A DNA stretch of 64,000 nt, taken from NCBI GenBank assembly GCA_965226155.1, contig OZ245331.1, positions 1,182,064 through 1,246,063 of the forward strand, given 5' to 3'. Under the pieces are notes generated by a model that made no database searches, was not told where the DNA came from, and saw only the letters and a program-made list of their open reading frames with translations. Every line of letters starts with the position of its first letter. Within the stretch, counting starts at the first letter, position 1. Positions 10,525 to 20,862 of this stretch are shown piece by piece. The stretch comes from Gammaproteobacteria bacterium (lineage in GTDB: Bacteria; Pseudomonadota; Gammaproteobacteria; Eutrophobiales; Eutrophobiaceae). A program made the position numbers and the translations under genes.

Positions 10525-12540
10525 TCAGGCAGTGTTTCTAGTAGACGGCTTGAATTGTTTTCCCTGTAATTCTAATTCTTCAAATTTTTCTCTGTGGCCT
10601 GCATAACGGATCTGAACGTAAGTTTCGGTGATATTGCGAATAGCATCAGCAGGATCAGTGCGAAGTCTGATTGCCCGTCGCGAAAAATCGACTGGGCCTT
10701 CGTGCTTGTGATTGCGGATACCACATTTTGAAAGTCTTTTGAGAAATTTATTATACCAACCTTTTGCTTTGTCGATATTCTCCTTGTCCTGTTTGAATAT
10801 GCTAAAGGCAATGATGCCTAGGAAAATAAAAACAATGATTATTAAGCTGGTCATTAGTTCTCTGTAATCTAGATCGTCAACTCCGAATCTGTTCAGTAAT
10901 CTCGATTGCCGCCTTCTGTCATAGCCTAGGACCCATTGATTCCAGTTATTGTTGATTGCATCAATTGTGTTGTTGAGTCTACGCCATATTCCCCGCGCTA
11001 TAGAATTGCGATACAAGCCCATAGGGATATTAATAATGCTATTTGGCAATGCGCTTTCGATTCCATCTGTTACGCGTTCAGGTGACACAGCAGATGTCGG
11101 GTCAATTCTAGTCCAGCCTAAATTATCGCCAAGCCAAACTTCAGTCCACGCATGTGCATATCGCTGGTAAACAATAAGGTAGTTACCAATAGGATTGGTG
11201 TAGCCTCCTTGATAACCGGTAACGATTCGGGCAGGGATCCCCGCGGCCCGCATGAGGATGACAAAGGCAGAAGCATAGTGTTCGCAAAAACCCTGTCTTG
11301 TTTCAAATAGGAATTCATCGACAGTATCATTGATGAGTAAAGGAGGTGTGAGTGTGTAATAGAATTCCTGCTCGTTAAAATATTGCAATGCCTTTTGAAC
11401 AATTTCGCGATCCTCTAGCATAGCATCACGCCAGGATCTGGCCAGGGCAATTGCTTGTGAATGGTACTTATTTGGAAGTTGCAACGTATCCTCAAATTCA
11501 TCTGCATTATCGGATACGAGTCGATAGTCGGTATATGAAGTAAGTTGATATCGTGACCGGATTGTCACAGGTCTTCGTCTTTTAATCTGCAGATCATGGC
11601 TGAAGAAACTGTTCTCTGCAGGTCTATCAGGCAGGGCCCGGCCATATAGCCAGTTCTTGTCAGTTGGTTCTAGTGTGACAGTGTATTTCACCGGGTTGCC
11701 GTAAGGGAGGACCAAAGCAGTTTTTTTCTTGGGCTTATCTGGGACCCACTTGAAGCCGTCCGTATACCAGAGCACTGGCCCGCGCCAGTATAGTTTTGAC
11801 TTGTCAGGTATCGTTCCTTCAAATTCCACGCGAAATGCTACTTCATCAGACAAGATCAATTGGCTTATCGACCCCGGTGACATTTCGTCATCAATTCCTG
11901 TAATGCCTGTCTGTGCATCTTTTGGTAAACCCCATAACGGACCAGATACTCTGGGGAAAAGAAGGAATGCTATCAACATCAAAGGAAAGGCCTGTAGGAA
12001 CAATTTGCCTGCAGTTCGCAACCATCCCTGTATGCGCATGCTAGCGTCATTATCATTGAAACAGATCATTGAACCGATTATGACCAGTATCGAAATAGTC
12101 ATATATAAAGTGGTCAGTACACTTTGTGAATAGAAAAGGTTAGTCAGGATCAACAGAAAGGCAATATACGCCGAAATATAATAATCTCTTTTATTTTTAA
12201 TTTCCGTCAGTTTCATACCTGCAAGCAAGATAAGTAATGCAACCCCAGCGTCACGACCGACAAAGGTTCCAAAGTTCACGAAAATGCCAATTAAAATAAT
12301 CATTGCAAGCATGATTCTGAAAATTCTTGAAGTGATAATATGAGTTTTAAGAGACTTAGAATGTGGGTTATCAGTTGTTGTAAGCCGGACTACAACCAGA
12401 ACACCGAACACGATCGATACCCAGATGGGGACGTGTAGTGCATGAGGTGGTGCCGCGAGAAATAAACCGGTCGATGTCCAAATCATGACCGGGGATGCTT
12501 TTACCACATCAAAGCTAAATGCTTTTGTCCTCGAGACCAT
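10525..12540 (-). CDS. transglutaminase-domain membrane protein (DUF3488-TGase type)
   Basis: Multi-TM N-terminus; TGase core GFCEHYASAFVILMRAAGIPARIVTGYQGG; lies downstream of DUF58 and MoxR. Confidence 0.85.
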   Translation of the reverse strand: MVSRTKAFSFDVVKASPVMIWTSTGLFLAAPPHALHVPIWVSIVFGVLVVVRLTTTDNPHSKSLKTHIITSRIFRIMLAMIILIGIFVNFGTFVGRDAGVALLILLAGMKLTEIKNKRDYYISAYIAFLLILTNLFYSQSVLTTLYMTISILVIIGSMICFNDNDASMRIQGWLRTAGKLFLQAFPLMLIAFLLFPRVSGPLWGLPKDAQTGITGIDDEMSPGSISQLILSDEVAFRVEFEGTIPDKSKLYWRGPVLWYTDGFKWVPDKPKKKTALVLPYGNPVKYTVTLEPTDKNWLYGRALPDRPAENSFFSHDLQIKRRRPVTIRSRYQLTSYTDYRLVSDNADEFEDTLQLPNKYHSQAIALARSWRDAMLEDREIVQKALQYFNEQEFYYTLTPPLLINDTVDEFLFETRQGFCEHYASAFVILMRAAGIPARIVTGYQGGYTNPIGNYLIVYQRYAHAWTEVWLGDNLGWTRIDPTSAVSPERVTDGIESALPNSIINIPMGLYRNSIARGIWRRLNNTIDAINNNWNQWVLGYDRRRQSRLLNRFGVDDLDYRELMTSLIIIVFIFLGIIAFSIFKQDKENIDKAKGWYNKFLKRLSKCGIRNHKHEGPVDFSRRAIRLRTDPADAIRNITETYVQIRYAGHREKFEELELQGKQFKPSTRNTA

Positions 12541-13507
12541 ATGTAGCTAGCAATTTTAGGCACAGATGCTGTTGAATTTCGCCATATCCAATCTCAACAG
12601 CGCTGTCTGGCATCTCCAACCCGTATCTAAATCCGTTCGATTCAACTTCAATCATCCACAAAGATAATTGCGACAACCTGGTTTCAACATCCTGAAGATG
12701 AGATGTTTGGCTCCAGCTTAATACCAGCTGCTGAGACCCGCTTCCACTAAATTGTTTTATTAATAATCCTTGCTCACGTGCCAGAATCTTCCAGTCTATG
12801 TTTCTGATCGAATCGCCCGCACGGTATTGTTTGAATCCAGTAAAATCATCAGTTCCGGTACGATTTCCGGATTGATCTTCTTGTTGGTTTTCTGTTAATA
12901 GTGGTAATTTGGAAATGCCGATTGGTTTTGGATAGACAATGCAGGTATTCGAACATTCCATATAAGACCAAGCACGAAACAGACCTAACGGATAAGTAGA
13001 TCTGATCCGTAATCGGCTTAGTTGTAGATAGCCACGTCTTGCGGTAGGCACCCTGATAATATTTCTGTACAATTGATCTTCCTTTATGTTGACTATCAGG
13101 TCTTGCTGTCTCGATGAGTCTGATGTTTTCGTCCACCACCTGCCATATGGAGCGATCGTTATGCCCACGCGCTCTGGGCCACTGCGGTTATCAAAAGTAA
13201 TCGGAAACAGTGCATGGTCATCGGCGAATACAGGAGGCGCATCAACTGTACTAATGACTAACCCTCGCAGATTGCGATAAGTATGCAGCATACACACCAT
13301 AAACAGGCTGCCTAACATAAAGGTTAGCAAGTAAGCCATGCTGTTGGTGTAGTTGACAGCCCCTATCAACATTACTAACAGCAGTATGGTGTATATGAAG
13401 CCTTGCTGAGGAGGGAATATGTAAACTCTTTTTCTCTTGATTCCACCTGCTGAAGAAACATGATTGGTATTAATCGCGTGTTGTTCAAGAATAATGGTGT
13501 TGGACAT
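12515..13507 (-). CDS. DUF58 family protein
   Basis: Two N-terminal TM helices, YRAGDSIRNIDWKILAR motif; classic partner of MoxR ATPases. Confidence 0.85.
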   Translation of the reverse strand: MSNTIILEQHAINTNHVSSAGGIKRKRVYIFPPQQGFIYTILLLVMLIGAVNYTNSMAYLLTFMLGSLFMVCMLHTYRNLRGLVISTVDAPPVFADDHALFPITFDNRSGPERVGITIAPYGRWWTKTSDSSRQQDLIVNIKEDQLYRNIIRVPTARRGYLQLSRLRIRSTYPLGLFRAWSYMECSNTCIVYPKPIGISKLPLLTENQQEDQSGNRTGTDDFTGFKQYRAGDSIRNIDWKILAREQGLLIKQFSGSGSQQLVLSWSQTSHLQDVETRLSQLSLWMIEVESNGFRYGLEMPDSAVEIGYGEIQQHLCLKLLATYGLEDKSI

Positions 13508-13509
13508 AA

Positions 13510-14462
13510 TCAGGGGATCGGAACCTGTTTAATGGTCAGGTCGGCAGCAGAACTAGGTGTTTTATCCAGTGATTGTTCGGCGTATAACAGACGATGACTG
13601 ATAATACTTGGAAATACTGCCTGTACATCTTCCGGAATGACATGGCGACGACCATGCAACAGTGCCCAGGCCTTGGCGCAGTGAAGGATAGCGAGACCGG
13701 CACGTGGTGATAAGCCGCCATTAAAAAGAGGAGAAATCCGGCTGAATTCCAACAAGTCCTGCAAGTAATCCAGAAGAGCGTCAGCAACTACAACTAATTT
13801 TACTTCAGATTGCATGCCAACCAGTTGTTCTGGTGTGATGATAGGCATGATTTCCTTAAGCATCTCTCGTCTGTTCCGACCCTTTAACAATTCGCGTTCT
13901 GCGCGATTGTCTGGATAACCTAGACGCAAGCGCATCATAAATCTGTCAAGTTGAGATTCTGGTAGTGGAAATGTTCCTACCTGGTTAGACGGGTTTTGCG
14001 TAGCGATGACAAAAAAAGCTGGGGCAGTAAACGCGTTTCACCCTCCAGGGTAATTTGGTGTTATTCCATTGCTTCGAGTAACGCACTTTGCGCCCTTGGG
14101 GTCGCACGGTTGACTTCATCAGCCAATATAAATTGAGAAAAGATAGGGCCCGGGTGAAATTCAAATGTCCCAGATTTCCGGTCGTAAACCGAGACACCAA
14201 GAATGTCAGCGGGAAGCATGTCGCTGGTAAACTGGATCCGTTGGAAACTGAGACCGAGTAACTTGGCCAGTAGATGTGCCAGAGTTGTCTTACCTACACC
14301 CGGAAGATCTTAAATCAGCAGATGACCGTGGGGAATCAGACAGGTAAGTGCTAAGCGTATTACCTTTTCTTTGCCAAGTATAATTCCATTCGCCGAATTA
14401 ATTACCTGTTCTAGGTTTGATCTGGCGTCTGGAATGCTTATCTTACTTTGAGGTTGATTCAT
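13510..14462 (-). pseudogene. MoxR-type AAA+ ATPase, disrupted by two in-frame TAA codons and one frameshift
   Basis: Own translation from ATG 14462: ...[22 protein letters not shown]...LLEAME*HQITLEGETRLLPQLF[frameshift at A7 run 14011-14017]VIATQNPSNQVGTFPLPESQLDRFMMRLRLGYPD... TAA codons at 14312-14310 and 14063-14061. Confidence 0.85.
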
Positions 14463-14539
14463 AGTTTCAATATTTTTCCAGATTAATCCTACCTTCTACT
14501 TAGTCTGATGCCAAATTAAGTTGTATCAATTTGACTAAA

Positions 14540-15859
14540 TTAGTTTCCAGCAACAGTCATATTTTCTACCAAAACTGATCCGGTGCGGATGTTAGTACGG
14601 TTGTCGACATCCGATCCGACTGTAGCAATGTTTTTATACATTTCCTGAAGATTGCCGGCAACGGTAATTTCCTCAACCGGATACTGGATATCACCATGTT
14701 CCACCCAGAACCCGGAAGCTCCGCGTGAGTAATCACCTGTAACTTGATTTATCCCAAATCCTATCATCTCGGTAATCAAAAGACCCTTGCCCATTGATTT
14801 GATCAGTGTTTGTAGATCCTGATTACCGGGTTCAATAATCAGATTGTGAACGCCACCTGCATTGCCAGTCGGTTTCATGTTAAGTTTTCTAGCAGAGTAG
14901 GCGCTTAGAATATAATTTTGTAAAACACCGTCCATGATAATGCTCTGTTTCTGGGTTGCCATGCCATCAGCATCGAATGGTGCGCTACCCATTCCTTTTT
15001 TGAGATGGGGCTCTTCCCAAACGTTTAAATATTCTGGAAAGACCAACTCCCCTTTTTTGTCTAGAAGAAAGCTGGACTTGCGGTACTGCGATCCACCGGA
15101 TATAGCATTGACAAGAGCGGAGAACAAGCTTGTTGCAACAGGTGCTTCAAAGATTACGGAGACTGACTTGGTAGATAGTTTACGGGATCCGAGTCTGGCT
15201 AGTGCACGGGTTGCAGCGGTTTGTGAAATAAGGTTTATTTTATCGAGATCAGAATAATCGCGACTCCTAGAATACCAACCGTCTCTGTGCATATGCCCAT
15301 CTTGTTGTGCAATTACTGTGCAATCAATAGAGTGGCTAGACCATTCCCATCCTCCTATAAAGCCATGCGTGTTTCCATAAAAATGGCTACCACTATAAGT
15401 ATTGACAGTGGCACCTTCCGAATTAGTAATTCGTTTATCAGTTTCTCGGGCCTCGTTTTCACATTCAATTGCTAGCTTGATTGCGTCTTCTGGCGATATG
15501 CCCCAGGGATGAAATAAATCGAGATCGGGCACATGCTGCACTAGATTCTCCTTGTCCAATAGACCAGCGCAGGAATCCTCATTTGCATTTTTAGCGATTG
15601 TGCATGCGGAAGTCACTGCATCACTGAGTGCATCATTATTAAAGTTTGTAGTACCTGCGCTGCCTTTTCTGTTATTAATGTATACGGTAATGCTGAGTCC
15701 TTTATCATTCTGATGTTCCACGGTTTCCACTTCTCCCATGCGAGCAGTTACCGAAAGTCCATAGCCTGTGCCAATATCTGCTTCTGCTGAAGTCGCACCT
15801 GTTTGTGTCGCCAGATGCAGTATTTGTTCGATAATTTGGTTCAGATTATTATTGGCCAC
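14540..15859 (-). CDS. pmbA: metalloprotease PmbA (TldE)
   Basis: 439 aa; family-typical N-terminus (SAEADIGTGYGLSVTARMGEVETVEH) and C-terminal TldD/PmbA domain. Confidence 0.88.
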   Translation of the reverse strand: MANNNLNQIIEQILHLATQTGATSAEADIGTGYGLSVTARMGEVETVEHQNDKGLSITVYINNRKGSAGTTNFNNDALSDAVTSACTIAKNANEDSCAGLLDKENLVQHVPDLDLFHPWGISPEDAIKLAIECENEARETDKRITNSEGATVNTYSGSHFYGNTHGFIGGWEWSSHSIDCTVIAQQDGHMHRDGWYSRSRDYSDLDKINLISQTAATRALARLGSRKLSTKSVSVIFEAPVATSLFSALVNAISGGSQYRKSSFLLDKKGELVFPEYLNVWEEPHLKKGMGSAPFDADGMATQKQSIIMDGVLQNYILSAYSARKLNMKPTGNAGGVHNLIIEPGNQDLQTLIKSMGKGLLITEMIGFGINQVTGDYSRGASGFWVEHGDIQYPVEEITVAGNLQEMYKNIATVGSDVDNRTNIRTGSVLVENMTVAGN

Positions 15860-15926
15860 TATGCAGATTTTCCTTTGATGAATATGATTACTATTCTATC
15901 ACTGTCATGGACGTTAAAATGGAATA

Positions 15927-18086
15927 ATGGATATATCAAATATTCTCGATGAACTTAATGAGGAACAGCGAAACGCCGTTGCGGCAGATAACGGTCATCT
16001 GTTGGTGTTGGCTGGTGCAGGTAGTGGAAAAACACGTGTCTTGGTACATCGCATAGCTTGGTATATTCAGAAAGAGCGAGTGAATCCTTATGGCATCCTG
16101 GCAGTGACATTCACCAACAAAGCCGCTGCTGAAATGAGAGGCCGAATCGAAGTGCTCCTGCAGCAACCTATCGGCGGCATGTGGGTCGGTACATTTCATG
16201 GGATAGCACATCGGCTATTAAGGGCACATTGGCAGGAGGCGGGCCTACCTGAAAACTTTCAAATTCTGGATAGCGACGATCAGTATCGGACCATCCGCCG
16301 AATATTAAGGATGATGGAGCTGGATGAATCACAGTTTCTGCCGCGGGAGATTCAGTGGTTTATTAATGCAAGAAAAGATGATGGTCTGCGATCTCAGCAT
16401 ATCGAAACTCATGGAGATCGAAATACAGAGCAACTGGTCAATATATACAAAACCTACCAGACAGTTTGTGATCGAACAGGGTTAGTTGATTTTGCAGAAC
16501 TGTTGTTACGCGCACATGAGTTATTCAGAGACCAAAAAACAGTTCTTGCCAAATACCAGCAACGATTCATACATATTCTGGTTGATGAATTTCAGGATAC
16601 TAACGCACTACAATATGCATGGTTGAGGCTACTAGCTGGGAATACAGGTTCCGTTTTTGCTGTAGGTGATGATGACCAATCGATCTACAGCTGGCGTGGT
16701 GCGCAAATTGAAAATATGCAGCGATTTCAAACGGACTTCCCAGGAAGTTCATTATTAAGACTTGAGCAGAATTACCGTTCAACGGCAAATATACTACAAG
16801 CAGCTAATTCTTTAATTTCTAACAATACGTCGAGACTGGGCAAAAAACTTTGGACGAAAGGCATTGAAGGAGACAGGATTGGAGTTTATACGGCATACAA
16901 CGAACACGATGAAGCACGTTTCGTCATTGACCAGATTGCATCCGCGCAACATCAGGGGCAAAGTTTTAGTGATAATTCTATTTTGTATCGGGTCAGTGCG
17001 CAGTCTCGGGTTTTGGAAGAAGTGCTTATGCAGTCTAACATCCCATATCGCGTGTACGGCGGCATGCGTTTTTATGAACGTGCAGAAATCAAAGATGCGA
17101 TAGCTTATCTGCGTCTCGCAGCGTTCAAAGACAACGATGCGTCATTTGAGCGCGTTATAAATCTACCAACTCGCGGTATTGGTCAGCGTACGATGGAAGA
17201 ATTGCGTTCTTTAGCCAAGCGCGAAAATAGTTCTCTCTGGGAGGCTTCACAGAAGGCACTATCAATGAAAGATGCTCCCAGCAAGAGCCTTGGGGCACTG
17301 GAGCAGTTCCTGAAACTCATTCACATGATGAGTGAAAGTGTGCTTGAATTGCCATTGGGTGAGGCGATGGAAAATGTAATTAACAATAGCGGTCTGATTA
17401 AACATTATCTAAAAGAGAAAGGTGAGAGAGGGCAAGCAAGAGTTGAAAACATTGAAGAATTGATCACAGCCACAGGGGAATTCGAGGTAGATAAGGATGA
17501 ATACGGTGAGATGAACCCTCTAACTGCTTTCCTTGGACATGTTGCACTGGAATCTGGTGAAAAGCAGGCTGGCGCACATACTGATAGCGTAAATTTAATG
17601 ACGCTACATGCATCTAAAGGACTGGAATTTCGAAATGTCTACCTAGTTGGTTTCGAGGAAGGGTTGTTTCCGCATCAGCGTAGCAGTGGCGATTTGGTTC
17701 AACTTGAAGAGGAACGCAGGCTTTGTTATGTGGGTATTACGCGCGCACAGCAAAAATTAATTATTACCCATGCCCAGCATCGGCGTTTGCACGGTAACGA
17801 ATATTACCCCCAAGCTTCCCGGTTTCTGACAGAATTACCACGTGAACTACTAGCTGAGGTGCGAATCGGAACAGGAGAGAATCAGACGCTGCCAATAGAA
17901 AGCACGGTTACCACTGAAAATGATACTGGCTTTAATCTTGGGCAACGCGTAATTCATGCAAAATTTGGCGAAGGTGTTGTATTAAATCTAGAAGGTAAGG
18001 GCAGTCAAGCACGCGTACAGGTTAATTTTGAGCATGTAGGAAGTAAATGGTTGGTACTGGCCTATGCAAACCTGCAAACTGCATGA
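15927..18086 (+). CDS. uvrD: DNA helicase II
   Basis: LNEEQRNAVAADNGHLLVLAGAGSGKTRVLVHRIAW...AVTFTNKAAAEMR and other UvrD/Rep SF1 motifs; 719 aa. Confidence 0.9.
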   Translation: MDISNILDELNEEQRNAVAADNGHLLVLAGAGSGKTRVLVHRIAWYIQKERVNPYGILAVTFTNKAAAEMRGRIEVLLQQPIGGMWVGTFHGIAHRLLRAHWQEAGLPENFQILDSDDQYRTIRRILRMMELDESQFLPREIQWFINARKDDGLRSQHIETHGDRNTEQLVNIYKTYQTVCDRTGLVDFAELLLRAHELFRDQKTVLAKYQQRFIHILVDEFQDTNALQYAWLRLLAGNTGSVFAVGDDDQSIYSWRGAQIENMQRFQTDFPGSSLLRLEQNYRSTANILQAANSLISNNTSRLGKKLWTKGIEGDRIGVYTAYNEHDEARFVIDQIASAQHQGQSFSDNSILYRVSAQSRVLEEVLMQSNIPYRVYGGMRFYERAEIKDAIAYLRLAAFKDNDASFERVINLPTRGIGQRTMEELRSLAKRENSSLWEASQKALSMKDAPSKSLGALEQFLKLIHMMSESVLELPLGEAMENVINNSGLIKHYLKEKGERGQARVENIEELITATGEFEVDKDEYGEMNPLTAFLGHVALESGEKQAGAHTDSVNLMTLHASKGLEFRNVYLVGFEEGLFPHQRSSGDLVQLEEERRLCYVGITRAQQKLIITHAQHRRLHGNEYYPQASRFLTELPRELLAEVRIGTGENQTLPIESTVTTENDTGFNLGQRVIHAKFGEGVVLNLEGKGSQARVQVNFEHVGSKWLVLAYANLQTA

Positions 18087-18159
18087 ATGGTATAGCCATT
18101 AGTGCTTAGGAATAAAAAATCTAACAACACTTTCATTTGAAAGAAGGAGAATAACATAT

Positions 18160-19227
18160 CGTGAATTCAATTTGTAAGTGCAACTCAATTAGGTGGCACG
18201 AACGGCAAGCTGCGGTAGCATCCTTACCTTTCGTTCCAGCAAGAAAGAGAGGCACAGATGAGACACTACACACAGCTTACCGAGCATCAACGTTACCAGA
18301 TTTACGCCCTGATGAAAGCAGGACATACACAAACGGAGATAGCCGCCTTGATAGGCGTGCATAAATCTACTATTAGCCGTGAACTCAGACGCAACCGTGG
18401 CTTGGGAGGCTATCGACCCCGCCAAGCTCAGTTTCTCCGGCAAGCGCGTCGAGAGGCCAGCCAACAACAGCGACTCCCCACGACCTTGTGGGAGCGAGTA
18501 GAGGTCTGGCTGCGGGACGAATGGAGTCCTGAGCAAATCAGTGACTGGTTGCATAAACGAGAAGGTATCGCTCTGAGTCATGAATGGATATATCACTACA
18601 TATACCAGGACAAGGCAGACGGCGGTGAGCTGTACCGGTACTTGCGTTGCCAGAAGAAACGAAAGAAGCGTTATGGTGGTTATCAACGTCGTGGGGTTCT
18701 GGTGAATCAGGGCAGCATTGATAAGAGTCCCGCCATTGTGAACAGGAAGACACGCATCGGTGACTGGGAAGTGGACACCGTCATCGGCAAAGGCCATCGA
18801 CAGGCGCTGGTCACCTTGAGCGAGCGCAAGTCGATGTACACCTTGATTGCACAGGTGAAACGACGAACTGCCTCTGCCGTCAGGCAAGCTATCGTGCGAT
18901 TGTTGTCTAATATGAAGGCGTCGGTTCACACGATCACCTCGGATAATGGAAAAGAATTTGCTGAGCATGAGGTTATTGCTCAACAATTGAAGGCGGGGTT
19001 CTATTTTGCACATCCTTATGCCTCCTGGGAACGGGGTTTAAATGAAAATATCAATGGTCTCATTCGACAGTACTTCCCAAAGAAAATGGACTTCAGCACG
19101 ATTACACAAAAGCAGTTAAACTTGGTCATGAAAAAACTCAATCACCGTCCCAGAAAAACACTTAATTCAAAAACACCACATGAAGTCTTTTTTAACATCA
19201 ACGTTGCACTTCAAAGTTGAATCCGCG
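18160..19227 (+). mobile_element. IS30-family insertion sequence, copy 1 (intact, 1068 bp)
   Basis: Imperfect 25-bp terminal inverted repeats (CGTGAATTCAATTTGTAAGTGCAAC vs CGCGGATTCAACTTTGAAGTGCAAC, 20/25). Flanked by a TAT/TAT direct duplication. Boundaries defined by comparing four copies. Confidence 0.9.
18258..19220 (+). CDS. IS30-family DDE transposase
   Basis: 320 aa; N-terminal HTH (GHTQTEIAALIGVHKSTISRELRRN), DWEVDTVIG and ITSDNGKEF DDE-region motifs typical of IS30. Confidence 0.9.
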   Translation: MRHYTQLTEHQRYQIYALMKAGHTQTEIAALIGVHKSTISRELRRNRGLGGYRPRQAQFLRQARREASQQQRLPTTLWERVEVWLRDEWSPEQISDWLHKREGIALSHEWIYHYIYQDKADGGELYRYLRCQKKRKKRYGGYQRRGVLVNQGSIDKSPAIVNRKTRIGDWEVDTVIGKGHRQALVTLSERKSMYTLIAQVKRRTASAVRQAIVRLLSNMKASVHTITSDNGKEFAEHEVIAQQLKAGFYFAHPYASWERGLNENINGLIRQYFPKKMDFSTITQKQLNLVMKKLNHRPRKTLNSKTPHEVFFNINVALQS

Positions 19228-19228
19228 T

Positions 19229-20332
19229 ATGAAAACAAGCAGGCTAATGATCATTATGCTGGTTTATTGGTTGGTTTCGGCATGCGGTGTTCAGGTAGAC
19301 GAGCAGGTCATGAATACCAATTCCTACCAATCAGACACGACAGTTTATCACTGGAAAATGGTAACGACCTGGCCGCCAAATTTCCCAATATTTCAAGAAG
19401 GGCCGCAACGGTTTGCCGATGAAGTTAGAAAAATGAGCAATGGCCGTTTAGATATCCAAGTATTTGCCGGTGGCGAATTGGTTCCTGCGTTGCAGGCCTT
19501 TGATGCAGTCTCCCAGGGGACAATCGAAATGGGGCATGGTGCATCCTATTATTGGGCAGGTAAGGTTCCTGCAGCCCAGTTTTTTTCAACTGTGCCTTTT
19601 GGAATGACGATCAAAGGTCTTGAAGCTTGGCTATACCAGGGAGATGGATTGAAATTATGGAATGAACTTTACCGTCCATTCAATTTGATGGCGATCCCGA
19701 TGGGTAATACCGGTATGCAAATGGGAGGTTGGTTCAACAAAAAGATCGAATCGATAGATGATTTGAAGGGTCTTAAAATGCGCATACCTGGACTAGGGGG
19801 GAATGTCCTCGATAAGGCAGGCGGGAATCCGATATTGATGTCTGGCGGCGAGATCTATACTGCACTTGAAAGAGGAATTATTGATGCGACAGAATGGGTA
19901 GGGCCGTTCCACGATTTGCGTCTCGGTCTGAATAGGGCGGCTAAGTACTACTACTATCCTGGGTGGCATGAACCGGGAACGGAATTGGAATTGATTATAA
20001 ATACCGAAGCTTGGGAAAGACTGCCCGAAGACTTGAAACAAATTGTGACTGTTGCAGCTGCAGCTACGAGTAACTGGATCTATACGTCGATGGAATTTCT
20101 AAATAGTAAATCACTGCAAGAAGTAAGACAGAAACAGAATGTACAGATACTAGAATTCCCAACAGAGGTCCTGACGGAACTAAAGCGTTTGACTACCATT
20201 ACACTACAGGAACAAGCTGCAGTTGATGCTGAATTTAATCGAGTTAATGAAAACTATCAGTCGTTCAGAAAAGAGTATGATCTCTGGGACGAAGTGTCAG
20301 AACAATCATACCAACGAAGTTTGCTGCAATAA
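19229..20332 (+). CDS. TRAP-transporter solute-binding protein (DctP-like family 7), orphan
   Basis: Start taken at ATG 19229 (MKTSRLMIIMLVYWLVSAC lipoprotein-type signal). The track ORF begins 12 nt earlier, inside the IS. No dctQ/dctM nearby. Confidence 0.8.
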   Translation: MKTSRLMIIMLVYWLVSACGVQVDEQVMNTNSYQSDTTVYHWKMVTTWPPNFPIFQEGPQRFADEVRKMSNGRLDIQVFAGGELVPALQAFDAVSQGTIEMGHGASYYWAGKVPAAQFFSTVPFGMTIKGLEAWLYQGDGLKLWNELYRPFNLMAIPMGNTGMQMGGWFNKKIESIDDLKGLKMRIPGLGGNVLDKAGGNPILMSGGEIYTALERGIIDATEWVGPFHDLRLGLNRAAKYYYYPGWHEPGTELELIINTEAWERLPEDLKQIVTVAAAATSNWIYTSMEFLNSKSLQEVRQKQNVQILEFPTEVLTELKRLTTITLQEQAAVDAEFNRVNENYQSFRKEYDLWDEVSEQSYQRSLLQ

Positions 20333-20355
20333 CTAGATCTTATTTCGGTCTGTAA

Positions 20356-20862
20356 TTATTGGCTTGTAGCAATCATGTAGTCCACGGCTGATTTCACTTC
20401 ATCATCCGTTAACGTCGCGTTACCACCTTTAGGCGGCATCGGCATACCGCTGGCACCAGTAAATCCACGTATGGCATGGTCATATAATAACCCAGTACCT
20501 TGTGCAATCCTGTCAATCCACTCAGCTACACTACCGACCTGAGGAATATTAGGCAGGCCTGTACCATGACATGAGAAGCAAAGCCCATTGTAGATTTTCT
20601 GACCGATATCCACCGGTCCAGCTTCTGCGTCGATAACATCAGTCTGGCTGCTAGCAGTAACGCCTGTTGTTCTCCCCGCAAGTCGGACACTGCCTATAGG
20701 TCGGGTTTCTTCAGCTATCCTTTCAGCACGTTGTTTGGCAATGGTTACTTCTCTAGTACCCAAGGTTCTGGCTATGATCACAAAAATAGCAATCATGCCT
20801 AGCAGCATTACCAGGATGATAATAAAGTTCTGGACAAAAATCTGATCCTGTTCTTTATTCAT
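20356..20862 (-). CDS. membrane-anchored class I c-type cytochrome (c5-like)
   Basis: N-terminal TM, single CFSCHG haem site, C-terminal GMPMPPKGG...LTDDEVKSAVDYM. Confidence 0.8.
   Translation of the reverse strand: MNKEQDQIFVQNFIIILVMLLGMIAIFVIIARTLGTREVTIAKQRAERIAEETRPIGSVRLAGRTTGVTASSQTDVIDAEAGPVDIGQKIYNGLCFSCHGTGLPNIPQVGSVAEWIDRIAQGTGLLYDHAIRGFTGASGMPMPPKGGNATLTDDEVKSAVDYMIATSQ

Noticed and set aside
10522-10527. msbA and the convergent transglutaminase gene have abutting stop codons (TAA followed immediately by TCA) with zero intergenic distance.
   Set aside because: This is unusual in leaving no room for terminators, but convergent abutting genes occur by chance in compact genomes. 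I see nothing further to test.
18189-19013. Long antisense ORFs inside every IS30 copy (274 aa at 18189-19013; 232 aa at 22919-23617; 157 aa at 29988-30461), plus the 67-71 aa ORFs at the IS left ends.
   Set aside because: They overlap the well-supported transposase gene on the opposite strand or in another frame. They have no recognisable motifs. They are the kind of open frame expected by chance in a segment more GC-rich than the host.
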